This document shows positions 40,849-50,872 of a stretch of 64,000 nt of DNA, piece by piece. The stretch's first letter is position 1. Every line of letters starts with the position of its first letter. The translations under genes were made by a program, and so were the position numbers. Under the pieces are notes generated by a model that was not told the origin of the DNA, searched no databases, and saw nothing but the letters and a program-made list of their open reading frames with translations. The DNA is from an uncultured Gemmatimonadales bacterium (GTDB taxonomy: Bacteria > Gemmatimonadota > Gemmatimonadetes > Longimicrobiales > RSA9). The stretch spans positions 480,001 through 544,000 of the forward strand of contig CAWFKH010000001.1 of assembly GCA_963816355.1 (NCBI GenBank), in the 5' to 3' direction.

Positions 40849-42507
40849 ATGGAGCCTCGCGAGAAGGGAAGGCGCTTCATCGGGAGCGTCGCCGGTCGGG
40901 CGGCGCTCGTCGCGGCCGCGCTCTCGCTGCTGGCGGGGTGCAGGGGACGGGACCGCGCCGCGGCGGGCGGGGCCGCGGGCCCGCCGCGGGAGGGCGGCAC
41001 CGTGGTGGTGGGGATGCGCACGGACTTCGGCGGCTTCAACCCCGTCACCAACACGGACCAGTACACCGGCGAGCTGATCGACTACGCGCTCTTCACGCCG
41101 TTGATCCAGTACGACAGCGCGCTGCAGGTGCGGCCGTACCTGGCGCGCTCGTGGCAGATGACGGGGGACACCGGCGTCGTCTTCACGCTGCGTGGTGACG
41201 TGCGCTGGCACGACGGCGAGCCGGTGACGGCGCAGGACGTGAAGTTCACGTTTGACCTGGCGAAGGACCCGTCGACCGCGTCGCTGCTCGCGTCGGCGTT
41301 CCTGTCGCAGGTCGACCGCGCGGAGGTGCTGGACTCGCTGCGAATCCGCTTCCACTTCGCGGCGCCGCACGCGCAGGCGCTGGAGGACTTCTGGTGGGCG
41401 CCGCTGCCGCGGCATCTGCTCGCCGGGGTGGCGCCGGCCGACCTGCGCAACGCCGAGTTCAACCGGCATCCGGTGGGGAGCGGCCCGTACCGCTTCGTGA
41501 GCTGGGAGGCGAACACGCGGCTGGTGATCGCGCGCAACCCGGACTTCCCGCAGGCGCTCGGCGGTCCACCGCACCTGGAGCGGGTCGTCTTCCGCGTGGT
41601 GCCGGAGCCGTCGACGATGCTGACGGAGCTGGTCGCCGGCGACGTCGAGGTCGACGTCCCGCTGCTGCCGGACCAGGCGGCGCAGGTGAAGTCCTCCGAC
41701 CGCCTCCGCCTCTTCTCCTACCCGAGCCGCACGTTCTACTACATCGGCTGGAACACGAGGCGCGCGCCGTTCACGAACGCGGACGTGCGGCGCGCGATGA
41801 CGCTGGCGATCGACCGGCCGCAGATCGTGCAGGCGCTGCTGCACGGCTACGGCGAGGTGGCGGAGGGACCGATTCCGCCGTGGAGCCCGCTGCACCCGCA
41901 GGGCGCGCAGCCGCTGCCGTACGACACCGCGCGGGCGAAGCAGCTCCTCGACGCCGCGGGCTGGGTCGACCGCAACGGCGACGGCATCCGCGAGGACCGG
42001 CAGGGGCGGCCGTTCCGCTTCACGCTGCTGTCGAGCGACAGCCCGCAGAACCGCGCGGTGGCGGAGGTGGTGCAGGCGATGCTGCGCAGGGTGGGCGTGG
42101 ACGCCGAAGCGCGTGTGCTCGAGTTCCAGACGCTGCTGGCGCAGCACAAGGCGCGCGACTTCGACGCCGTGCTCTCGACCTGGATCATGGACAACTTCCA
42201 GGTCGCGTCGGCGCCGACGGCGCTCTTCCTCTCGCGCTACGCGGACGTGCCGCGGTCGGCGAACCGCAGCGCGTACGCGAATCCGGTGGCGGACAGCCTG
42301 ATCGCGGCGGGAGCCGCGGCGACGGATCCGGGCGAGGCGCGCGCGGCGTGGCGTCGCCTTACGGAAGTGCTGCAGCACGACCAGCCGTTCACGTTCCTCT
42401 ACTGGTTCGACGAGCTGGCCGGCTCGCGCCGGACGGTGCAGGGCGTGTCGATGGACACGCGCGGCGAGCTGTCGAGCATCGCGCGGTGGTGGAGCGCGGC
42501 GAGGTGA
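40849..42507 (+). CDS. peptide ABC transporter substrate-binding lipoprotein (family 5)
   Basis: lipobox LAGC; WHDGEPVTAQDVKFT; PVGSGPY. Confidence 0.92.
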   Translation: MEPREKGRRFIGSVAGRAALVAAALSLLAGCRGRDRAAAGGAAGPPREGGTVVVGMRTDFGGFNPVTNTDQYTGELIDYALFTPLIQYDSALQVRPYLARSWQMTGDTGVVFTLRGDVRWHDGEPVTAQDVKFTFDLAKDPSTASLLASAFLSQVDRAEVLDSLRIRFHFAAPHAQALEDFWWAPLPRHLLAGVAPADLRNAEFNRHPVGSGPYRFVSWEANTRLVIARNPDFPQALGGPPHLERVVFRVVPEPSTMLTELVAGDVEVDVPLLPDQAAQVKSSDRLRLFSYPSRTFYYIGWNTRRAPFTNADVRRAMTLAIDRPQIVQALLHGYGEVAEGPIPPWSPLHPQGAQPLPYDTARAKQLLDAAGWVDRNGDGIREDRQGRPFRFTLLSSDSPQNRAVAEVVQAMLRRVGVDAEARVLEFQTLLAQHKARDFDAVLSTWIMDNFQVASAPTALFLSRYADVPRSANRSAYANPVADSLIAAGAAATDPGEARAAWRRLTEVLQHDQPFTFLYWFDELAGSRRTVQGVSMDTRGELSSIARWWSAAR

Positions 42508-42511
42508 GGCG

Positions 42512-43495
42512 GTGAGCGCGTACATCACGCGGCGGCTCCTCGTCGCGATCCCGCTCGTGCTGGGGATCGCGACGATCATCTTCTTCATGCTCAACCTCGC
42601 CCCCGGCGACCCGACCGCCTTCTACTTCAATCCGAACATCCCGCCGCAGGTGCTGGAGCAGTTGCGCCACAACCTGGGGCTCGACCAGCCGATCCACATC
42701 CGGTACCTGAAGTGGATGGCGTCCTTCTTCACGGGCCACTTCGGCTACTCCTTCGCGCAGAGCCGCCCGGTGGCCGACGTGATCCTGGACGCGCTGCCGA
42801 ACACGCTCCTGCTCACCGGCTCGGCGCTGATTCTCGTCTTCGTGATCGGCATCGCGGCCGGCACGTGGCAGGGGGTGCGCCAGCACTCGGCGCCGGACAA
42901 GGTGATCAGCGTCGTCTCGCTCTTCTTCTACTCGATGCCGTCGTTCTGGCTCGGCCTGATGCTGATGCTGCTCTTCTCGCTGAAGGCCTACGAGTGGGGG
43001 CTGCCGTTCGCGCTGCCGCCGACGGGGCTCACCAGCATCGACTACGACACGCTGTCGTTCGCCGGCAAGCTCGCCGACCGCTTCGACCACCTCGTCCTGC
43101 CGGTCGCGACGCTCACGCTCGTGCTCGCCGCCGGCGTCGCGCGCTACACGCGGGGGCAGATGCTGGAGGTGATCCGCCAGGACTACATCCGCACCGCTCG
43201 CGCGAAAGGCCTGCCGGAGCGGACGGTGGTGGTGCGGCACGCGCTGCGCAATTCGCTGCTTCCGGTCATCAGCCTGCTGGGCCTCTACATCCCGTTCCTC
43301 TTCAGCGGGACGGTGTTCGTGGAGCAGATCTTCTCGATCAACGGCATGGGCCGCGTCATCGTGGAGGCGATCTTCCAGCGCGACTACCCCGTCGTGATGG
43401 CGACCTCCTTCTTCTTCGCCGTCATGGTCGTGGTCGGCAACCTGGTCGCTGACGTCCTCTACGCCTTTGCCGATCCACGGATCGGCTACGACTGA
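42512..43495 (+). CDS. peptide ABC transporter permease (DppB/OppB-like)
   Basis: APGDP, QDYIRTARAKGL, HALRN, DPRI. Confidence 0.93.
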   Translation: MSAYITRRLLVAIPLVLGIATIIFFMLNLAPGDPTAFYFNPNIPPQVLEQLRHNLGLDQPIHIRYLKWMASFFTGHFGYSFAQSRPVADVILDALPNTLLLTGSALILVFVIGIAAGTWQGVRQHSAPDKVISVVSLFFYSMPSFWLGLMLMLLFSLKAYEWGLPFALPPTGLTSIDYDTLSFAGKLADRFDHLVLPVATLTLVLAAGVARYTRGQMLEVIRQDYIRTARAKGLPERTVVVRHALRNSLLPVISLLGLYIPFLFSGTVFVEQIFSINGMGRVIVEAIFQRDYPVVMATSFFFAVMVVVGNLVADVLYAFADPRIGYD

Positions 43496-43499
43496 CGTG

Positions 43500-44744
43500 A
43501 TGAACGGAAGCCCGCGCGAGGTCCGGCCGGACCCCGAGTCGATGCTGCCGGAGCCGGCGCTCCCCGCCGGCGCGGACTTGAGCGCGCCCGCGCCGCGGCG
43601 AGGCGGCGCCGCGCCGCGCCGCCCGCCGCCCGGCTGGGCGACGCCGCTCGGCGCGTTGCTCCCCGGCGCCGGCCAGTTCGCGGCGGGCGCGGTGCGCGAA
43701 GGGATGGCGCTCCTTCTCGCGTGGCTCGCGCTGCTCGGCTCGCTCTACCTCGGCTGGCCGGAGATCCGCGCCATAGGGAGCGCCGGCTCGCTCGACGACT
43801 GGGTCGCGCTCGCGGCGCTCGCGGCGGGCCTCGTGGCCGTCTGGACGTGGGCGATGCGCGACCTGCGCGCGCGCGGCCGCCCGGCGAGCGGCCGGCGCGA
43901 CTCGCAGTGGGCGATCGCGTCGCGGCGCTTCCGCCGCAACGACCTCGCGATGGTGGGGCTGGCGATGATCGTCGTGCTCTACGTCATCGCGCTGCTCGCG
44001 CCGTTCCTCGCGCCGTACGACCCGATCCGGCAGGAGAACATCGTCCAGACCGGCTACCTCGCGCCCTCGACGGCGCACTGGTTCGGCACCGACCGCTTCG
44101 GCCGCGACGTGCTCAGCCGCGTGCTCTACGGCGCGCGCATCTCGCTCTCGATCGGCTTCATCGCCGTCGCGATCAGCGTCACGCTGGGCACGCTGATCGG
44201 CGCCGTCGCCGGCTACTTCGGCCGCGCGGTCGACAGCCTGCTGATGCGCTTCACGGACATGGTGCTCGCGTTCCCGCGCCTCGTGCTGCTGATCATGATC
44301 GTGGCGCTCTTCAAACCGAGCACGCCGCTGATCGTGCTGGTGCTGGGGCTGACGCAGTGGCCGGGGACCGCGCGCATCGTGCGGGGGGAGGTGCTGAGTC
44401 TGCGCGAGCGCGAGTTCATCCAGGCGGCGCGCGCGCTCGGCATGAGCCGACGTCGCATCATCCTGCGCCACCTGGTGCCGAACGTGCTCGCGCCGGTGAT
44501 CGTCACGGCGACGCTCGGCATCGGCAACACGATCGTGCTGGAAGCGGGCCTCTCCTTCCTCGGGCTCGGCGTGCAGCCGCCGTCGCCGTCGTGGGGCAAC
44601 ATGGTGGCGGATGGGAGGCAGAACCTGCTCGGCGCCTGGTGGGTCGCCACGATGCCGGGCCTCGCGATCGTGTTCACGGTGCTCGCGTTCAACCTGGTCG
44701 GCGACGGCCTGCGCGACGCGCTCGACCCGCGCCTGAGGGAGTGA
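43500..44744 (+). CDS. peptide ABC transporter permease (DppC/OppC-like) with N-terminal TM extension
   Basis: [28 protein letters not shown]. Confidence 0.92.
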   Translation: MNGSPREVRPDPESMLPEPALPAGADLSAPAPRRGGAAPRRPPPGWATPLGALLPGAGQFAAGAVREGMALLLAWLALLGSLYLGWPEIRAIGSAGSLDDWVALAALAAGLVAVWTWAMRDLRARGRPASGRRDSQWAIASRRFRRNDLAMVGLAMIVVLYVIALLAPFLAPYDPIRQENIVQTGYLAPSTAHWFGTDRFGRDVLSRVLYGARISLSIGFIAVAISVTLGTLIGAVAGYFGRAVDSLLMRFTDMVLAFPRLVLLIMIVALFKPSTPLIVLVLGLTQWPGTARIVRGEVLSLREREFIQAARALGMSRRRIILRHLVPNVLAPVIVTATLGIGNTIVLEAGLSFLGLGVQPPSPSWGNMVADGRQNLLGAWWVATMPGLAIVFTVLAFNLVGDGLRDALDPRLRE

Positions 44745-45817
44745 TGGCCGACGCCCCGCTGCTGGAGGTTCGCGACCTGCGCACCTACTTCCACACCGAC
44801 GCCGGCGAGGCGCGCGCCGTGGACGGCGTCAGCTTCGTCGTGCGGGAGCGCGAGGTGCTGGGGCTGGTGGGCGAGAGCGGCTGCGGCAAGTCGGTGACGT
44901 CGCTCTCGATCATGCGCCTCGTGCCGCGCCCGCCGGGCGAGATCGTCGAGGGCAGCTCCGTGCGCCTGCGTGGCCGCGAGCTGCTCGCGCTGAGCGAGAA
45001 GGAGATGCGGTCGGTGCGCGGCGACGACATCGCGATGATCTTCCAGGAGCCGATGACGTCGCTCAACCCGGTTCACACGGTCGGGGCCCAGATCGAGGAG
45101 CCGTTGCGCGTTCACCGCGGCATGCGACGTCGCGAGGCGCGCGAGCGCGCGATCGAGCTGCTGCGCCTCGTCGGCATCGCCGACCCGCACACGCGCGTGG
45201 ACGAGTACCCGCACCAGCTCTCGGGCGGCATGCGGCAGCGGGTGATGATCGCGATGGCGCTGGCCTGCGAGCCGGACCTCCTCATCGCCGACGAGCCCAC
45301 GACGGCGCTCGACGTCACGATCCAGGCGCAGATCCTCGAGCTGCTCGCCGAGCTGCGCGAGCGCATCGGGATGGCGATGCTGCTCATCACGCACGACCTC
45401 GGTGTGGTGGCGGAGGTGTGCGACCGCGTCGCCGTGATGTACGCGGGTCAGATCGTGGAGAGCGGCGCTGTGGGCGACCTCTTCCGCGAGCCGCGTCACC
45501 CGTACACGGAAGGGCTGCTGCGCGCCGTGCCCCGCCCCGGCCGCCACGAGGAGCGTCTCGCCGTCATCCCCGGAACGGTGCCGAACCCGGCGGAGTGGCC
45601 GGCCGGCTGCCGCTTCCATGAGCGCTGCCCGTACGCGTGGGACCGCTGCGTCGCCGAGCACCCGCCGCTGATCGAGGTCGGCGCCGGCCGCGCGTCCCGC
45701 TGCTGGCTCGAGGAGCGCCCGGAGCGGCGGGAGGAGGTCCGCCGCGCCGGCGGCGGCTTCGTCGCCGCCACGCGGCCGGGCGCCCCCGGCGAGCGCGGGG
45801 GCGAGGCGGTGCCATGA
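44744..45817 (+). CDS. peptide ABC transporter ATPase (DppD-like)
   Basis: [36 protein letters not shown]. Confidence 0.94.
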   Translation: MADAPLLEVRDLRTYFHTDAGEARAVDGVSFVVREREVLGLVGESGCGKSVTSLSIMRLVPRPPGEIVEGSSVRLRGRELLALSEKEMRSVRGDDIAMIFQEPMTSLNPVHTVGAQIEEPLRVHRGMRRREARERAIELLRLVGIADPHTRVDEYPHQLSGGMRQRVMIAMALACEPDLLIADEPTTALDVTIQAQILELLAELRERIGMAMLLITHDLGVVAEVCDRVAVMYAGQIVESGAVGDLFREPRHPYTEGLLRAVPRPGRHEERLAVIPGTVPNPAEWPAGCRFHERCPYAWDRCVAEHPPLIEVGAGRASRCWLEERPERREEVRRAGGGFVAATRPGAPGERGGEAVP

Positions 45818-45849
45818 GCGGCGTCGGCGCGGACGAGGAGGCGCGGTGA
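45814..45849 (+). CDS. 11-aa coupling mini-[14 protein letters not shown]
   Basis: ATGA overlap with the upstream stop and GTGA overlap with the downstream start. Confidence 0.35.
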   Translation: MSGVGADEEAR

Positions 45850-46937
45850 GCGGCGTCGGCGTGAGGACGGTGACGGACGCCCCGCTGCCGCCGGCGAAGG
45901 GCGACAGCGATACGGGCGGCCGCACGCCGCGCGACGTGCCGGCGCCCGACGACGCCCTGCTCGTCGTGCGCGGCCTGGTGAAGCACTTCCCGATCACGGC
46001 CGGGCTGCTGCGGCGGACGGTCGGCGCGGTGCGCGCGGTGGACGGCGTCGATTTCTGGATCCGCGCGGGGGAGACGCTCGGCCTGGTGGGCGAGTCCGGC
46101 TCAGGCAAGACGACGACCGGCCGCACGCTGCTGCGTCTCATCGAGCCGACGGCGGGGGAGGCGGTCTTCGACGGGCGCGACATCTTCCGCATGGAGGCGG
46201 ACGAGCTGCGCGCGCTGCGGCGCCGGGCGCAGATCGTCTTCCAGGACCCGTTCGGTTCCCTGAATCCGCGACTGACGGTCGCGGACACGCTGCGCGAGGT
46301 GCTGAAGGTGCACGGTCTTGCGCGCGCCGACCGCGGCGGGCGGGTCAGCGAGCTGCTGCGGCTGGTGGGGCTTTCGGAGGCGCAGGCGGACCGCTATCCG
46401 CACGAGTTCAGCGGTGGCCAGCGCCAGCGGATCGGGATCGCGCGGGCGCTCGCGGTCGAGCCGCGGCTGATCGTGTGCGACGAACCGGTCTCGGCGCTGG
46501 ACGTATCGGTGCAGGCGCAGGTGTTGAATCTGCTCGCGGATCTGCAGCGGCGGCTCGGGATCGCCTACCTGTTCATCGCGCACGACCTGAGCGTGGTCGA
46601 GCACGTGAGCGACCGCATCGCGGTGATGTACCTGGGCCGGATCGTCGAGATCGGCGCGTCGGCGGACGTCTACGCCCGGCCTCGCCATCCGTACACGCGC
46701 GCGCTGCTCAGCGCCGTGCCAGTGCCGGAGCCGGAGCGCAGGCGGGAGCGGATCGTGCTGCCCGGCGACGTGCCGAGCCCCGCCTCCCCCCCGGCGGGCT
46801 GCCCCTTCCACCCGCGCTGCCCGCACCCCCTCAAGGACGCCGATTGCGCCCGCATCGTGCCCCCCCTCGCCGAGAAGGAGCCCGGCCACTTCGCGGCGTG
46901 CATCAAGGAGCCGCACCATGCGCCGGAACGTTCTTGA
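45846..46937 (+). CDS. peptide ABC transporter ATPase (DppF-like)
   Basis: [33 protein letters not shown]. Confidence 0.94.
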   Translation: MSGVGVRTVTDAPLPPAKGDSDTGGRTPRDVPAPDDALLVVRGLVKHFPITAGLLRRTVGAVRAVDGVDFWIRAGETLGLVGESGSGKTTTGRTLLRLIEPTAGEAVFDGRDIFRMEADELRALRRRAQIVFQDPFGSLNPRLTVADTLREVLKVHGLARADRGGRVSELLRLVGLSEAQADRYPHEFSGGQRQRIGIARALAVEPRLIVCDEPVSALDVSVQAQVLNLLADLQRRLGIAYLFIAHDLSVVEHVSDRIAVMYLGRIVEIGASADVYARPRHPYTRALLSAVPVPEPERRRERIVLPGDVPSPASPPAGCPFHPRCPHPLKDADCARIVPPLAEKEPGHFAACIKEPHHAPERS

Positions 46938-46962
46938 CACCTCCCGAACCTCCGCCTATGTT
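46934..46962 (+). promoter_or_regulatory. sigma70-type promoter
   Basis: TTGACA-17nt-TATGTT. Confidence 0.7.
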
Positions 46963-47045
46963 CGGCGACTCGATGCCTGGATCAGGCTCGTCGTCGAACC
47001 GCGGCGGAACGAACGCGGCCGCAATACCCACCCGTGGAGGTCACG

Positions 47046-47741
47046 TTGACTGCACTCGGTAACTTCGCCCTTGCGCTCCTCCAGCTGCCGGGCGTGAACG
47101 CGCCGGACCTGACGTTCTCGCAGTGGGCCGTCCAGATGTGGAATGACGGCGGGTGGATGATGTGGCCGCTCGGTGCCTGCGCCGTGGCCGGTCTCATCAT
47201 CATCGTCTGGAAGCTCGTCGACCTGACGGTGACCTCCGGACGCACGCGCCGCGTGCTGCGCGAGGTCGACTCCCGCCTGATCGAGCGCGACATCGACGGC
47301 GCGCTGGAGGCCGCTCGCGGCTCCAAGACGCCGGCCGGCCGCATCATCACCGCCGGTCTCGAGCGCCGCCACGAGGGCACGGAGCGGGTGATGAAGGCGA
47401 TCGAGAACGTCGGCCTGATCGAGATGGCCCATCTCGAGGGCGGCCTCGTCTGGCTCGCGACGCTCTCGAACGTGGCGCCGCTGCTCGGCTTCCTCGGTAC
47501 CGTGATCGGCATGATCCAGGCGTTCCAGTCGATCGAGGCGGCCGGCGAGGTGGAGGCGACCATCGTCGCCGGCGGCATCAAGGTGGCCCTGATCACCACC
47601 GCCGCGGGCCTAACCATCGCGATCCCGATCAACATCGCGCACAACTACTTCGTGACCCGCATCGACCGCCTCGTCATCGACATGGAGGAGACGGCGCAGA
47701 AGATGGTCGACGCGCTCCACGAGATGGAGGCGCACGCGTAG
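47046..47741 (+). CDS. MotA/TolQ/ExbB proton channel family protein
   Basis: APLLGFLGTVIGMIQAF, GIKVALITTAAGL; TTG 47046 after GGAGG. Confidence 0.9.
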   Translation: MTALGNFALALLQLPGVNAPDLTFSQWAVQMWNDGGWMMWPLGACAVAGLIIIVWKLVDLTVTSGRTRRVLREVDSRLIERDIDGALEAARGSKTPAGRIITAGLERRHEGTERVMKAIENVGLIEMAHLEGGLVWLATLSNVAPLLGFLGTVIGMIQAFQSIEAAGEVEATIVAGGIKVALITTAAGLTIAIPINIAHNYFVTRIDRLVIDMEETAQKMVDALHEMEAHA

Positions 47742-47769
47742 GACCACCGGCCGCGTTCCGCCGCCGCCG

Positions 47770-47808
47770 ACAGGGCCGCCTCCGCGAGGGGGGCGGCCCT
47801 GTTTCATT
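47770..47808 (+). terminator. intrinsic terminator
   Basis: ACAGGGCCGCC/GGCGGCCCTGT stem then TTCATT. Confidence 0.7.
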
Positions 47809-47959
47809 GTATGAGCACGCCGGCCTGTGGACCCCCGGCGCGCGCGCCCGGACCCTTCCTTGCAGCCGGTCGCGGCGTGGCCGCCCGGCTCGCGGCCGGA
47901 CCCGGCGGAGACGCCGGGTGTAGTGCAACGACACTCCCCTTCCCGCAGCCACGCGGCCG

Positions 47960-50332
47960 ATGCGACCGAGACACATCGCGCTTCTCCTCCTGTTCATCGC
48001 GGCGATCGTGGTGCCGGGCCTGCTGCGCAGGAGCGAACCCGCCGCCGCCTCGCCGCCGCCCCCCCCGCCGCCCGTCCCGGAAGAGGCGCTCGCCGCGCTG
48101 CGGCTGGGCCGCTACTGGCGTGCGAGCCGCATCCTCCAGGGATACCTCGCCGCGACGCCGGACTCCACGCCGGAGTCGGTGCTGCTCACCGCCCGCGCGG
48201 AAGCGGGCTGGGGCGGCTGGCCCGAGGTCGAGAAGCTGCTGCGGGGTCGTCGCTGGCTCGATAGCGCGGACGCCGGCCGCGGCTGGGCGCTTCTCGGCCG
48301 CAGCCACTACGAGCAGCGGGAATGGTCCGCCAGCGGCGACGCCTACGGCCGCTTCCTGCGCGTAGCCTCCGACGCGGGCGGCCACGAGCGCGGCCTCGCC
48401 GCGCTGCGCCGCGCCATCGCGCTGGCCCACGACGACCGCGAGCCCGCCTCCCTCGCCCTCTTCGACTCCGCCCGCGCGGCGCTGCCGCAGATCGACGACT
48501 GGATCGAGTACTACGCCGCGCGGGCCGCCGCGCAGGCGGGCGACACCGCCGCGGTCGAGCGGCGCCTGGCCGGCGTCGGCGCGGATCTGGCCGACCGCTT
48601 CGGCTGGAAGCTCCGCCTGGACGCCCTCGAACGCGCCGGCGACCCCGCCGCCGCGCTCGCCGCCGCCGAGGCCGCCACGATCCGCCTGCACGATCCCGCG
48701 GCGCGCGCGAGCGCCTTCGTCCGCGTCGGCGACCTCCGCCTCGCCGCGGGCGACGCCGCGGCCGCCACCGCGGCATACCGTCGCGCGATGAGCGACGCCG
48801 GATCGCTCGCCGCCATCGACGGCGCGCGCAAGCTGTCCGAGCTGCCGCACCTCACGCCCGACGACCAGCTCGCGATCGGCCGCCTCTACCTGCGACACGG
48901 CAACGCGGAGCGCGGCATCCGCGGCGTGCTCGCCTACCTCGCCGCCGCTCGCGGCTCCGCGCTCGAGCGCACGCGCCTGCGCTACGACGTCGCCCGCGCC
49001 TACTTCAACGCCGGCCGCTACCGTGACGCCGAGCGGCGCGCGATCGAGCTCGCCGATCAGCGCGTCGATCCCGCCATCGCCGCCAGCGCCCTGTACCTCG
49101 CCGGCCGCGCACAGTACCGCCAGGGAAAGGTCTCCCAGTCCCTCGCCACCTTCCGCCGCACCGCCAGCCGATTCCCCGACCAGGACGCCGCGACACGCGC
49201 CCTCTTCCTCGTCGCCGACCTCCGCCACGACGCCGGCGACACCGCCACCGCCCGCGAATACTACCGGCGCGCCATCGACTCCGATGCAGCCGCCGACGAC
49301 GCCGGCCTCGCCGTCATGCGCCTCGCCGACCTCGCCATCGTCGACGACGACTACGCCGCCGCCGCTCGACTCTTCGACGGCTACCGCGAGCGCTTCCCCG
49401 ACGGCCGCCGCATCCAGCAGGCGACCTACTGGGCCGCGCGCGCCTATCAGCGCCTCGGCGAGGACTCGCTCGCCCTCCAACGACTCGAACAGACGTGGCG
49501 GCGCGACCCCTTCTCCTACTACGGTTTCCGCGCCGGTCAGCAGATCGGCCGCGGCTTCGAGGACGCCCGCCTCCGCCCGGCACCGCAGACCACCGACTCC
49601 GCCCGCTCCCTCGTCGACGCCGCCCTCGTGCGCCTCGACCTGCTGCGTGAGCTCGGCGACGACGCCGCCGCGAGCACCGAGGTCGATCTCATGCGCGACC
49701 GCTTCCGTCACGTCGCCGGCACCGACTACCCGCTCGCCGAGGCGCTCGACGCCCGCGGCTTCACCGCCACCGGGATCCGCATCGGCTGGAGCATCTTCGA
49801 CCGCGAGGGCGCCTGGAATCCACGCCTGCTTCGCATCGTCTTCCCCTTCCCCTTCCGCCGCCTCGTCCTCGCCGAGGCCGACGACCGCGGTATCGATCCC
49901 TTCCTCCTCGCCGGCCTCATCCGGCAGGAGTCCAGCTTCGACGCCCCCGTCGTCAGCGGCGCTGGCGCCATCGGCCTCATGCAGGTCGTCCCCGCCACCG
50001 GGCGGATCCTCGCCCGCGCCGAGGATGTGCCCGACTTCCGCCCTCCCATGCTGAAGCAGCCGGAGATCAACCTCCACCTCGGCACCCGCTACCTGAAGGA
50101 CCTGCTCGACCAGTACGACGGCCGCATCCCCGCCGTCCTCGCCGCCTACAACGCCGGCCCCAGCCGCGTCGAGCGCTGGCGCGGCTTCCCCGAATGGAGC
50201 CGCGGCGAGCTCTTCACTGAAAGAATTCCGTATACCGAAACCCGTGACTACGTCAAGATCGTCCAGCGCAACGTCGCGCTCTATCGCGTCCTCTATGGCG
50301 ACTCCATCCCCTCCGCGGCGCCTTCCGACTAG
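47960..50332 (+). CDS. soluble lytic murein transglycosylase (TPR + SLT)
   Basis: helical repeats; IRQESSF, AIGLMQV, AAYNAG, IPYTETRDYV. Confidence 0.92.
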   Translation: MRPRHIALLLLFIAAIVVPGLLRRSEPAAASPPPPPPPVPEEALAALRLGRYWRASRILQGYLAATPDSTPESVLLTARAEAGWGGWPEVEKLLRGRRWLDSADAGRGWALLGRSHYEQREWSASGDAYGRFLRVASDAGGHERGLAALRRAIALAHDDREPASLALFDSARAALPQIDDWIEYYAARAAAQAGDTAAVERRLAGVGADLADRFGWKLRLDALERAGDPAAALAAAEAATIRLHDPAARASAFVRVGDLRLAAGDAAAATAAYRRAMSDAGSLAAIDGARKLSELPHLTPDDQLAIGRLYLRHGNAERGIRGVLAYLAAARGSALERTRLRYDVARAYFNAGRYRDAERRAIELADQRVDPAIAASALYLAGRAQYRQGKVSQSLATFRRTASRFPDQDAATRALFLVADLRHDAGDTATAREYYRRAIDSDAAADDAGLAVMRLADLAIVDDDYAAAARLFDGYRERFPDGRRIQQATYWAARAYQRLGEDSLALQRLEQTWRRDPFSYYGFRAGQQIGRGFEDARLRPAPQTTDSARSLVDAALVRLDLLRELGDDAAASTEVDLMRDRFRHVAGTDYPLAEALDARGFTATGIRIGWSIFDREGAWNPRLLRIVFPFPFRRLVLAEADDRGIDPFLLAGLIRQESSFDAPVVSGAGAIGLMQVVPATGRILARAEDVPDFRPPMLKQPEINLHLGTRYLKDLLDQYDGRIPAVLAAYNAGPSRVERWRGFPEWSRGELFTERIPYTETRDYVKIVQRNVALYRVLYGDSIPSAAPSD

Positions 50333-50427
50333 CAGAAATTCGTTATTCATCCTGCGCCCGCGTCGTAGAAAATGGCGCGGCTGTGCGGCGGGAGCGGCAT
50401 TGCCCCTGCCGGTAAACAAGATTTTGC

Positions 50428-50457
50428 TTGACACCCCTCCGAACCGCCGCCTAGCTT
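50428..50457 (+). promoter_or_regulatory. sigma70-type promoter
   Basis: TTGACA-18nt-TAGCTT. Confidence 0.65.
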
Positions 50458-50527
50458 GGATCTCCATTCACTCTCGGAGCCCTTTGTCGCGCCGGGATCC
50501 CCACGTTTCATCGGAGAGTGCGCTGCG

Positions 50528-50731
50528 ATGCCCAGAGGTCGAATCAAGTGGTTCAATGACGCCAAGGGATACGGCTTCATTGAGCAGCCCGAGGGAGGCG
50601 AGGACGTATTCGTCCATTTTTCGGCGATCCAGATGGACGGGTACAAGACGCTCGCGGAAGGGCAGGAGGTCGAGTTCGAGGTGAAGCAGACGGACAAAGG
50701 TCTGCAGGCGGCGAACGTGTCGCGCGTCTGA
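50528..50731 (+). CDS. cold-shock protein (CspA family)
   Basis: [21 protein letters not shown]. Confidence 0.96.
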   Translation: MPRGRIKWFNDAKGYGFIEQPEGGEDVFVHFSAIQMDGYKTLAEGQEVEFEVKQTDKGLQAANVSRV

Positions 50732-50750
50732 GCGCGCGGGTTCGGACGGA

Positions 50751-50792
50751 GCGCGACGCCCCGCCGGTGGAATCGCCGGCGGGGCGTCGCGC
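50751..50792 (+). terminator. long GC hairpin after csp
   Basis: 19-bp stem with GAAT loop; no U-tract. Confidence 0.5.
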
Positions 50793-50872
50793 ATCCGGGC
50801 GTTCGGGGAGCAGGTGTGGGGGGTGCGGGGTAGAGGGGGCGGAGCGAGCGGATTCCTCGACAAGACAACCGG

